Positions 22,653 through 33,251 of a DNA stretch of 64,000 bases are shown piece by piece. Where the stretch lies: assembly GCA_002269645.1 (NCBI GenBank), contig NIVC01001190.1, positions 124,001-188,000 of the forward strand. Direction: 5' to 3'. The notes under the pieces were generated by a model. The model was not told the origin of the DNA. It made no database searches and saw only the letters and a list, made by a program, of their open reading frames with translations. The translations under genes were made by a program, and so were the position numbers. Each line of letters opens with the position of its first letter. The first letter of the stretch is position 1. Source of the DNA: Macrostomum lignano (taxonomy: Eukaryota).

Positions 22653-23464
22653 TTTTGACCTTTTCTAGCCTCCCATTGAAAGCATAGGGAAAACTTTTTT
22701 TGATTATTTAACCATCTTCCCATTCGAACTTTTTAAATGCAATGACACCCACACAATCTCACAAGAATTTGCAATTGAATGAAGCAAGTTTGAAAAAAAT
22801 CGGTTCAGGCATTCAGGCTGTGGACTGGAATACCGGTCAGACAGACAGACAGATCTTAGAGATTGAGTGAAATCTATAAATAGCAATTCTCTATGCAGTC
22901 TGCCAATCAGCCAGGGTCAGAATGTACACACGCAGCCACTGAGCATTCTCCTCCCCCTTGCACACTGCAGCCAGTATTGGGGCCTACACAGTGAATAGAG
23001 AAAAGTTGTGGCGCAATCTTAATTGGAATTGCTATTCAGTTAGTGAGATTTTGACCTTTTCTAGCCTCCCATTGAAAGCATAGGGAAAACTTTTTTTGAT
23101 TATTTAACCATCTTCCCATTCGAACTTTTTAAATGCAATGACACCCACACAATCTCACAAGAATTTGCAATTGAATGAAGCAAGTTTGAAAAAAATCGGT
23201 TCAGGCATTCAGGCTGTGGACTGGAATACCGGTCAGACAGACAGACAGATCTTAGAGATTTAGTATATTGTGATGATGATTGAACTTTTCTAGCTTTCCA
23301 TTGAAAGCATAGGGAAAACTCGTTTTTCGAATATTTAACCAACTTCTCATTCGAATTTTTCAATGCAATTACACCTACACAATCTCACAAGAATTTGCAA
23401 TTGAATGAAGCAATTTTGAAAAAAATCGGTTCAGGCATTCAGGCTGTGGACTGGAATACCGGTC

Positions 23465-23496
<32 letters not shown>

Positions 23497-23565
23497 CTTA
23501 GAGATTTAGTATATTGTGAAGACAGATCTTAGAGATTTAGTATATTGTGATTTAGTATATTGTGA
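22653..23565 (-). mobile_element. Three tandem copies of an ~210-bp Helitron/DINE-1-like terminal module with (GACA)n
   Basis: aaaaaaatcggttcaggcattcaggctgtggactggaataccggt(caga)n...cttagagatttagtatattgtga occurs at ~22790, ~23190 and ~23420; minus strand starts A|TCACAATATACTAAATC. Confidence 0.6.
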
Positions 23566-23717
23566 TGATGTGATGATATCACTTTAGTCACAGTTGCGTC
23601 TGATACATCCTACTTCTAAGTAAGAACAGTTAAAATCCTTCAATCTGTTCTAATGCACATTGCCAGGCAATGGCAAAGAAAAAATTGCCAAACAATGAAA
23701 AATTAGCTTTAGCAAAA

Positions 23718-23876
23718 ACTCTCAGCATTTAAGCTCTCAGCATTTAAGCTCTCAGCATTTAAGCTCTCAGCATTTAAGCTCTCAGCATTTAAGCTCTCAG
23801 CATTTAAGCTCTCAGCATTTAAGCTCTCAGCATTTAAGCTCTCAGCATTTAAGCTCTCAGCATTTAAGCTCTCACA
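23718..23876. repeat. 15-bp tandem repeat (ctctcagcatttaag) x ~10
   Basis: Read directly from the sequence. Confidence 0.95.
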
Positions 23877-23908
23877 CAGTGTTCACCGAGTAAATACTCA
23901 TCACCTAC

Positions 23909-24076
23909 CAACTGGTGGCAGCTCCAGCACTTGGCGCAGCACGTTGCGCAGCTGCGCTGCATCAAGGCGGTCAACGACCGCTGCTGCCGCCTGATGCTGT
24001 TGCTGCTGCTGCGGCTGTTGCGGCTGCTGCGGCTGCTGCGGCTGCTGCGGCTGCTGCGGCTGCTGCGGCTGCTGCG
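23909..24076 (-). CDS. 3' half of candidate exon 2, downstream of the LINE insertion
   Basis: (PQQ)n QQQQHQAAAAVVDRLDAAQLRNVLRQVLELPPV then g|gtaggt donor at 23908; GC3-rich codons; in frame with 27252-27084 once the LINE and one TSD copy are removed. Confidence 0.6.
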
Positions 24077-24087
24077 GCTGTTGCGGC

Positions 24088-27083
24088 TTCTTCTTCTTCT
24101 TCTTCTTCAGGGCTCGTCCGGGTCGGGATTAGCCGAAATGGACGGGGGCATGCGCCCCATGCTACGCAGGAGGCCGAAAAGGGCGGTCGGGGACTCCAAC
24201 AAGTCCTCGGCCGCGCGGATGCCGTGCAGGGCGCGGTAGCGGTCCCCGCGAGGGCAGGCGAGCAGGATGTGCCTGACTGTGTCGAGTTCGCCGCAGTCAG
24301 GGCAGTTGGCTGTCTCGGTGAGGCCCATCTGATGGAGCGAGCTGTTGTTGATGGTGCTGGCTCCGGCTCGCAGCTGATTGAGGAGGACTTGGCGCTGCCG
24401 GGTCATGGTGGCGGGTGGCTGCTTAAAGGCGCCCACGACCGCAAGATCGAGGGACCTGCGGCTGCGCCGGGCGGCGGCTTTGGCGGTGCTGAGTGGAAGC
24501 TCGACGTGGCGTTGCTCTAGTTGGGCGGCACGGGAAGCCGCCTGATCCGCCGCCTCGTTGCCGGCGATTCCGCAATGTGCGGGGACCCAGGCGAAGGAGG
24601 GGGGGGCGACCGTCGGCCTTCAGGCTCATGATCGAGTCCCAGCAAGCTGCTGCGGTCGGATCGGTCTGGTCGATGGGACCGGCGAGCAGGGCGGTGAGGG
24701 CGCTGAGGCTGTCGGTGGCGATCCAGTGCGGCTCGGCGGCGCGGTCAGCTTGCAGGTATTTGAGCGCCTCTTGGATGGCAACGAGTTCGGCGGTGTAACT
24801 GCTGCAGAGGGCGCCTGCGGCGGCCGGAAGTTCGACGTTGTTGTTCTCGTCGCGCACAATGATAGCGGCCCCGCCACCATTCTTGTAGCCTTCCGTCACG
24901 GAACCGTCGGTCCAGATCGTGTTGGACTCGCAGAGAGTCGCGATGATGTCGGTCGCGTGGTGGGCTCTGATGTCTGGCGGCATGTCGCGGTGGGTCCTGA
25001 GGCTGGCTCGAAGGTCGAAGATGATGTCGCTGGCGCCGGTGGTTCTCCAGGGCTCAACGCCGAGAGGCGGCGGGGCGCGTGGGAACTGGTCCAGGGCGGC
25101 GGCGCACTCAAGCTCGAGGGCGGCGCGGCGCCAGCAGCCACGGTGCGGGCGGAGGGCGTCTTTCTGGCATCCAGGTTGGTTGACGGCGGGCGTGGCATCC
25201 GGGCTGTTGCGGGTTTGGCGCTGCAGGGCTTCGTAGCTGCGGTTCTTGAGGCGTGGTCGTGTGACACGTTCGGCAGTTTCGCGAGCCGGGGTGCCCTCCG
25301 GGAGGCGCAGGAGGCGTTCTCGGAGATTGCACGCGCGTTCGACAGCAACGTGGCTGATAGGTGGGAGTCCGGCGGTAGATAGCAGTTCCTTGGCCTCGGT
25401 GGGGCGGATACATCCAGTGATGAGGCGGGCGCAGGCATTTTGTTGGCGTTCGACTGCTAGTCGGGTGCTGGGTGCTGATCCGCACATCCAGATGCCGCTG
25501 CCATAGTCAGCGATGGCGCGGATGGTGGCGGTGTACACCGTGCGGAGGATGTCCTGCGTGGCGCCACTTGACCGGTGTGCGATCGCTTGGAGGGGGCGAC
25601 GTCGGGCCGCCATGCGTCTGCAGACTTCTTTAGCGTGCTTGGTGAAGGTGAGCTGGTCGTCCAGTTTGATGCCGAGGAAGGTCGGGTTAGGGTCGCTTTG
25701 CAGAGGTTCGCCTTTAAGAGTCAGCTGGAGCGGAATCTTGCCTCGCGTCTCGCTTGGGCTCAAGGAGAAGGTGGTGTAGCTGCATTTGCTGGTACTGAGC
25801 TCCATGTGCCAGTTCTCGCACCAGGTGGCCAGAGCCTCGTTCGCAGGCTGGAGGATGGCTTCGCAGTCCTTCAGACTGGGCGCCGTGGCGAGGATGGCGC
25901 TGTCGTCGGCGTAGAGGCTCACTTTGGATCGCGGAGAGGCTTGAAGGATGTCGCTTGCCAGGTCGTCAATGTAGACCAGCCAGAGGAGGGGAGCCAGGAC
26001 AGAGCCTTGTGGCAAGCCCTCTTTGAAAATGCGCTCGCGGGATAGGCAGTTGTTGACACGGACGCGGGCTCGGCGGTCGCTGATGAAGCTGTTCGTCCAG
26101 CGGAGTGCGCAGGGTGTAATGCATTTCAGGCTGAGCTTGTAGATGTTACCCTTCCTCCAGACCTTGTCATAGGCTCGGGACATGTCGTAGACCCCCAGGG
26201 CGCTGCGCTGGGGTGGTAGCTCTTCAAGGCCGTCGAAAATGTCTTGCGTGATGCGCGCAATCTGTTCTTCACACGACCGACCGCTGCGGAAACCGGCCTG
26301 GACGTTGCTGAGGCGGCCGCGCTGTTCAAGGTGGTGCCTGAGGCGCTTCTGTACCAGTCTTTCGGCGACCTTGGCGATACAGCTGGTGAGGGCGATGGGC
26401 CTGAAGCTGCTTGGGTCAGAGGCCGGTTTGCCGCGCTTGGGTATTGGGATGATAATGGCCCGTTTCCACTGGTGCGGGCAGCAACCGGAGAGCCACGACT
26501 TGTTGATAAGGTCGAGGAGGCGGCTTTCAGTGCACGGCGGGAGGTGTTTCAGCATCTCGTTGCTGACCCCATCTGCGCCGGGGCTTTTCCCAGATTTGAG
26601 CGCGCGCAGAGCGCTCTGCAGTTCGCTGCCGCTGAACGGGCTGCAAAGGCCGGATTTCTGATTGCCAGGGCAGCAAATCTGTTTCATCGCCTTGTGGGCG
26701 AGCCGGGCAATGGGGCGGTCCTCCTTGCGTCGGTGATTTCGAGAAACTTCGGCGTAGATGTTGCAGAAGAGATTGGCTTTTTCGCTCGGGGTGGTAGCCG
26801 TTCGCTGGCGGGATCCAGGTTTGGCAGGAGTGCTCAGGGCCGCATTGGCGGGGGGAGGCGGCGGCTCTCCTCGGAGCGAGCGGGCGAGGGCAAAGAGGTC
26901 GCTGTTTAGGTTGAGTTCGCCGATCTTTTGTTGCCAGTGCTGTTGTTTGGCGGAGTTGATGGTGTCGGCCGCGGTCTTGCGGGCGCGGTGGAAGGCGTTG
27001 ATGTCGTGCTCGGACTTGCTCTGCTCAGCGGTGTGTCGCGCACGGTTGCGTTCGTCGCAGGCGTGTTGGCAGGCGTCCGTCCA
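24088..27083 (-). mobile_element. 5'-truncated non-LTR retrotransposon with RT, RNase H and Cys/His finger (I/Ingi/R1 group)
   Basis: RT (KSPGADGV, SFRPIAL, QAGFRSGRS, DMSRAYDKV, GLPQGSVLAP, LYADD, FLG); RNase H (IWTDGS, SSYTAELVAI, TDSLS, then FAWVPAHCGIAGNEAAD after a frameshift in the G run ~24599-24606); CPDC...HILLACP; (GAA)7 tail overlapping the stop; 11-bp direct repeat gctgttgcggc at 24077-24087 and 27084-27094; no APE domain. Confidence 0.92.
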
Positions 27084-27252
27084 GCTGTTGCGGCTGTTGC
27101 GGCTGCTGCGGCTGCTGCGGCTGCTGCGGCTGCTGCGGCTGCGGGGCGAGCGACCCCTGCACGATGGCCGGCAGGTTACGTAGGTCGCCCCCCCGCAGCT
27201 CCACCCCGTGGGTCCATAGGACGCAGCCGGCACCCACGCGCCAGTACATCCT
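27084..27252 (-). CDS. 5' half of candidate exon 2
   Basis: Acceptor ttcattttactccag (AG at 27254-27253); reads RMYWRVGAGCVLWTHGVELRGGDLRNLPAIVQGSLAPQ(PQQ)n. Confidence 0.55.
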
Positions 27253-27301
27253 CTGGAGTAAAATGAAATGGGATGGGTGGGATACAGCTCTCAGGTCAGC
27301 A

Positions 27302-27513
27302 AGAGAGCGAGAGTGTGAGCGAAAGCGAGAGTGAGAGCAAGAGAGCGAGAGCGTGAGAGCGAAAGCGAGAGTGAGAGCAAGAGAGCGAGAGCGTGAGAGC
27401 GAAAGCGAGAGTGAGAGCAAGAGAGCGAGAGCGTGAGAGCGAGAGCGAGAGCGAGAGAGCGAGAGCGTGAGAGCGAGAGCGAGAGCGAGAGCAAGAGCGA
27501 GAGAGCGAGAGCA
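27302..27513. repeat. (GAGAGC)n-type degenerate microsatellite inside the candidate intron
   Basis: Read directly from the sequence. Confidence 0.9.
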
Positions 27514-27556
27514 AGTGGCAAGGAAAGGGAAATAATAACATAGGATGAGTACTTAC

Positions 27557-27796
27557 TGCGTGCCCGCCAGAATATTGGTAGGTCTGCGGGGCGTGCCGAC
27601 GGCCGCCTGCAGCACCTCCGACGCCCAGAAGACATGGGCACAACCGATCCCGCACCTGTGCGGGTCGGCCCTGCATATTTACCCAGATGGCAAATTTGCC
27701 AACTGGGCAAACAAACTGAGCACCGACAGGTGCGGGCTCGATTGTTTCAGCACCCATGCCTTCTGGGCCTGCCTGAAGATAATCCTCTACCTTCAT
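27557..27796 (-). CDS. Candidate exon 1 of the unknown minus-strand gene; multicopy
   Basis: ATG at 27796, 80 codons (MKVEDYLQAGPEG...YSGGHA), perfect donor gca|gtaagt, phase 0 matching exon 2; 27725-28000 recurs inverted at 62445-62725. Confidence 0.45.
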
Positions 27797-28084
27797 ATTG
27801 GTCCTGTTGCTGCTGCTGCAAAGTTTGGATTTGGATTTGAATTTGGCTAACCGAATTCACACAGAAGTTCGAAGCTCGAAAAGCTGAAATGCCATAGATG
27901 ATTTGCCACTTAGCCTTCGTGATAAGATATTCATTGGTTTAATAAGCAGCTTCGGCTACTACAAGTAGCAATAACGAAACCTACTAGTACTCACAAAACA
28001 CAAACTACACACAAAATAAACGTTTACAAAAACGAGTATACTTTTTTGTTTTTTAAACAGAGTATAACAGAGACGCAGCGCCAA

Positions 28085-28735
28085 AAGAAAAAGGCCCGCT
28101 GTAATCTCCGCTGCCTGCCCTGAAGCTCCATTGCCTGCCCTGAAGCTCCGCCGCCTGCCCTGAAGCTCCGCTGCCTGCCCTGAAGCTCCGCTGCCTATTC
28201 CTTAATCTCCGCTGCCTGCCCTGAAGCTCCGCCGGCTGCCCTGAAGCTCCGCCGCCTGCCTTGAAGCTCCGCTGCCTATTCCTTAATCTCCGCCGCCTGC
28301 CCTGAAGCTCCGCTGCCTGCCCTGAAGCTCCATTGCCTGCCCTGAAGCTCCGACGCCTGCCCTGAAGCTCCGTCGCCTGCCCTGAAGCTCCGCCGCCTGC
28401 CCTGAAGCTCCGCCGGCTTCCCTGAAGCTCCGCCACCTGCCCTGAAGCTCCGCTGCCTATTCCTTAATCTCCGCCGCCTGCCCTGAAGCTTCGCTGCCTA
28501 TTCCTTAATCTCCGCCGCCTGCCCTGAAGCTACGTCACCTGCCCTGAAGCTCCGCTGCCTGCCCTGAAGCTCTTATGTCTGCCCTGAAGCTTCGTCGCCT
28601 GCCCTGAAGCTCCGCTGCCTATTCCTTAATCTCCGCCGCTTGCCCTGAAGCTCCGCTGCCTATTCCTTAATCTCTGCCGCGTGCCCTGAAGCTACGTCAC
28701 CTGCCCTGAAGCTCCGCCGCCTGCCCTGAAGCAAG
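28085..28735. repeat. 20/21-bp minisatellite (gctccgccgcctgccctgaa / gctccgctgcctattccttaa)
   Basis: Read directly; a larger array of the same family lies at 57930-59820. Confidence 0.95.
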
Positions 28736-30167
28736 CCAGACCCACATACCCAAATTCGGCCGAAGCCACTGGATAGGGTCGCCAGCGCCGGAGCCCAGTC
28801 TGTCCAGCAGCCCTAGGGACTGCCTTGAACACACGCGGGGACGAGTACCCTGGGTCGACTTGCGAGACAGCGTGGGGGGGTCTGCGGCTGCCAGAGGCAA
28901 ATAGAGGGTGCAGACCTCCCACCAGTCTTGACCTGCTGAAGATAGGGGCAGGCGTGAAGCATCACAGACCTTAGCCCATGGGCCTAGTCTGTCTCATACT
29001 TCACTGGCATGCTGAATACGCCTTCGCGTGCATCATGTAGTTGTAGTAGGGCATTATTTTAGGAACGGGAATTAGTAGCGAAGCAGATATGCTTTTTGCC
29101 TACTGTCAGTAGTTTAGATTTGGGAAAGTAATTAGAGCGGGGGAAAATCGCTAATTTTCGGGATTCTCTAGAAGTATAGAACAGTTTGGGGCTTGGGAAA
29201 GCAGATTGTTTTCGCTGGCTGGCGAGAGATCTCAGAAATTAGGAAGGTAAGAGGCAGGGAGTATTGGGAAAAATTTTAAGTAAAACTGTCGAGGTAGTTG
29301 ATGCCGAAACAGTACACCTACAGGTAGTCAATGCCTGACATTGTGCACCAACCATTGCATGCTATTTCATTTTGTTTTTTTGAAGTATAAAACTTGGTTA
29401 ATTAATTCGGTTCTCCTGAGTCAATCCTTTGTCTCTACAATAATAGGACTAGTGAAACAGGAAGCCTGGTGGCAGCGATTCTACCAAATCTCAAATCAGT
29501 ACAGCAGATAATAATCCACTAGTAAAATCCTTAGCAATAGAAACCAGTAGCTTAGCCGCGAGGTTACACGCCCATTCCATAGTGAACCGGCGTTGCGGTG
29601 CCCAGTTCCTTTACTTTTGACTTGACTGTTTCCAAAGCTACTGACATCGATATATATATTTTAACAATCGGCCTTATTGAAGATTAAAACAGTTTTACAA
29701 AGTACAAACAATGGACCACAAAAAATCGCAAGAGAAAGGATGTATCCAAGGGATCAAATATTGAAGTTTAAGTAAGCATGTCGCAAAGCCGTAAACTTGT
29801 GTCCCCCAGCTTAATTGATTTTATGAGAATACGAGTTAAACTGCATGTCATTAGGGCTTCTATATGGCTCTAATCTTGCATATGTATGCGGAAAACTGAA
29901 GAGAGACAAGGTAGTCTAAAAGAAAGACACGGCAATGCGTCCGAATTCTTTCCCAACCAAACATGGCAGGGGATATTATTTACTGACTGCGCCCCAATGG
30001 TGGCAATGGCAGTTGCAATACATGTATTTGGACATATAGGCGCCCAGAAATGTGTATACTGGTGCCGCGACGCCAAGACAATTCGAGTCTACTTCAGAAA
30101 TAAACGCTAATATAGTGGCTAAAGCAGCTGGAAGGGTTGCTAGGCGTATCGTAGAACAAGTAGAAAG

Positions 30168-30583
30168 CTAGCTATTACTCGACCTATAGACAGGCGGATC
30201 CAGGAAGGTCAAGAGAATCGTGACCCCCTATAAACTAAAGTTTTCAGGTTTGAAATAGAAAGGTTCATGTGGAGCAAAGTTTTGGCAGCCAAAAGTTAAT
30301 AAATCTTAAAGCTCTAGCTGATTTCAAAGCGTAGATAGGGAAAGAAAGCGGGGGATTAGGGATTAATGGCGGTTAGGGATTAGTCAAATCCAAGCGACTC
30401 ACTGGAGAAATAAGATAATTTACACTTTTAGTCATTAAGAATCGAATTTAGCTAATGAATTTCCGGTAGCGAGTTTAGGGTGGGTGTTGAATTTGGTGCA
30501 ACTAGTTATGCAGTTTAAAAGTCACGATGTAAGTTGTTATACAGATACAGGCAGACAGGTTTCGTTTTTATATAATGTATAGA
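30168..30583 (-). mobile_element. Short non-autonomous Helitron-like element
   Basis: Minus strand starts A|TCTATACATTATATAAAAACG followed by ctgtctgcctgtatctgt and ends in CTAG; hairpin weak and 3' flank is C, not T. Confidence 0.4.
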
Positions 30584-31542
30584 TACGAGTAATAAGTTAT
30601 AGTTTATAACTGATGTGTCCGAGTTACATCGAAGAGGTTCAAAATGGCAGTTGAATCGTATCGCAAACTCGAGTTCCTGAAACTTAATAGAATGAGACGC
30701 AGCTCAAGACTTACACTGTAACATGTAATATGAATTCAAACATGGCCATAGACAATTCGTTAACGCCAACAATTCGTCATTTTAATTGAGACAGTTCTCT
30801 CTTTCGGATTAAAAGAACAGTGCTTAAACCCGCATTCAGAAAATTGAAATCTAGATGGCCCTGGCTTGGACGTAGCCACAAACAATTGACTGGTAACTTG
30901 AGCTCGTCAACAATAGACTGATTTGGTAGATAATCTAAGCTGGTGGATCCATCACAATGATGTTGCTAAAAGGTTCGTGGACTGACTGACAATTCTCTAG
31001 ACGGCTGGACTCGGACTGAATCGGCTGAACACAGTTCAACGCACTCTGCACAGCCATTGACGCACGGTATAGACTGGAATCCCTTTGCAACCTTATAGAT
31101 AGCCACACTCTTCTGGCACTTGTGTCCGAAGCTTCTGGCGAGGCCGGAGCCGTAGGAGCCGAAGCTACATGTATATCCTCCACACTTGGAGTCGTCAGAT
31201 CCTGGAGAAGTTAATGGTTTCGTCGATACTATGGCCCATCGAATGCAGGTCGCAAATGCCAGTAACCCTAGGCGAAAGAATGTGATGCACACGTAAAGAT
31301 ATGAAAAAATATATAAACTTTATCTTTAATTATAAAGCATGAACGGTGGTCATGGACCTAATACAGCTTGTTTGTGTATTAGGCAAACCAGCCTTCGTGC
31401 TCAAGTTTTCATGAAGTTGTTCCAGTAGTTCTTGCCTTGATTCACCATTATTGAAAAGATCCTTGCCATCTCCCTTCAGTGGCTTCGGGAATAGGAGCAT
31501 CCTTGGTGATATCTGATAAGCATTCTAAGGTAGCGCTTCAAG

Positions 31543-33251
31543 CTATTCTATTTCTCGACTCAAATTTCTCGACTCATAGTAAGCGCACGTGCAGACAAAA
31601 CTTTTAAGTTGTCGAGCTGTTCTTGGTCTTGGCCAGGTCTGGATAGCCTCGATCTTCGCCGGATCGGTCTTGATTCCGTCCTTAGTAACTAGATGTCCCA
31701 GGTAGTTTAGACTTGCCCGAAATAAATGGCACTTCTTGCCCTTGAGCTTTAGGTTTGCGTCTTGAACTCGCTTAAATACTTCTTCCATATGCTGAAGATG
31801 GTCATTAAATTTCTTAGAATAGACGATTACGTCACCCAGATAATCTATTGCACTTTTATAGGCGATCCCGTTGAGCACAGCATTCATGAGGCGCATGAAA
31901 CTGGCTGGTGCTGAACTTAGTCCCATAGGCATATTGTAGGCGAATTGTCCGCGGCGAAAGCAGTCAGATCTTGATCCTCTGGACGCAGTGGAATCTGATA
32001 GTAGCCGCTGTTCAAGTCAAACGTGCTGAATAGCTGGCTTCCTTCGAGGCTAGCGAACGCTTCCTGGATGTTCGGTATCGGGTACGGAAAGTACTCGCAC
32101 TTTTGGTTCAGACTCCTGAAGTCTTGTACAATTCTTAGGCTGCCGTCCTTCTTCGGGATGATCACCAGCGGGGTGTTGTAGCTGGAGAAGCTCGGTCGGG
32201 TCACGCCTTTGGCCAGCAGATCGTCGAGTAACTGGTCCACCTTGGGTAGCAGGTGCGGCGGGATCCTTCGCGTTGGGAGATGCATCGGATCTTTGTCCTT
32301 CAGTACGATGTTGTGGGTGACCAGATGAGTTCGGCCGAGATCGTGTGGCCCCTGAGAGAAGATGGTCTGGTACTTTCTCAATAGCTCGATGACTTGAGCG
32401 CGCTGGTCACTGGACAGATCCTCGCTGATATCGATCTCCTTAATCCAAGCATCGGGATCCTCGTCTTGGATTTGATTGACAGAGTCTTCTGATTTCAGCA
32501 GCGGGAAGAAATGTAGCTCGGGCAGTCTGATTGGTCTAGCAATCCCGACTAGGGCATTCGCTCGCACTTTGATGGCTGTAGTGCCACGGTTGATCATTTC
32601 GATAGCGCCTTCTCCATTAGCCATGGAGATCAAGGCAGGCGCGGCGTCCAGGTGCTGCACATCTTCTTCACGCCGAGCCGGTTTCAGTGCAGTGCCGTCC
32701 TTGAAAAACAGCATTCCGGCGGCGAGGTCCAGTGATGTGCTGTACTTCTCTAGGAACTCGAAACCCAGAATGTTGTCATGCGATCCTTTCGCTAGCAGAA
32801 ACTTAACTGTAGGCTCGAAATTGCCAATTTTCACTTTAATAGATAGCTGACCTGCCATTTGAATAGGCTCTCCATTGTAAGTCACGATACGTTGAAGGCA
32901 GGGTTCGATTTGGCCACGCAGGGTCGGGTCATCGGTACATATTCGGTGCCAGGTGCTGAATCCTAGGACTTCGCACTTGGAGCCGGTGTCAAGCAGAAAA
33001 GCAAAATAACGACCCTGAATCTCACCAGTTAGAAACGGATCCCTTCGAGGTCGCTTGGGTGCAGAGTTCTGTACAGGTGCGGCGGAGGCGGTTTCAGCAG
33101 TGGCCTGCTGAGCGACTAAAGTCCTCGGCGGGGACTTCAGTGCTGGCTCGGCTGCTGGATGGCGCTGCCCCCGATGGCGCGTCCAGCCGTCCCGTTTCCC
33201 GAGCTGCCGTTGCGCTGGGGCGCGGTGCTGGCCGACCGCCGGTGCGGGCAC
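31543..33251 (-). pseudogene. Ty3/Gypsy pol (protease + RT), frameshifted near 31945 and truncated before RNase H
   Basis: FLLDTGS protease; YPIPNIQE, FSTFDLNSGYYQI; resumes as GQFAYNMPMGLSSAPASF; catalytic YLDD reads YLGD; homology ends at ~31565 at a short tandem duplication (atttctcgactca x2). Confidence 0.92.

Noticed and set aside
27084-27233. First ~50 aa of ORF 24423-27233 as part of the LINE protein
   Set aside because: They lie outside the TSD and are an alternate-frame read of the host exon; LINE homology starts at WTDACQ.
23909-27252. Exon 2 as part of the PI3K gene (HGVEL versus p110beta C2 HGTEL; LRQVLELPP versus the helical-domain start)
   Set aside because: Similarity is only a few residues, and no intervening helical or kinase exons are found before 13853.
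24493-27266. Many plus-strand ORFs over the GC-rich LINE and the Gypsy genes
   Set aside because: Antisense or alternate-frame shadows of GC3-rich coding sequence.
28740-28960. GC-rich island that could be an exon
   Set aside because: No recognisable motif in any frame and no convincing pair of splice sites.
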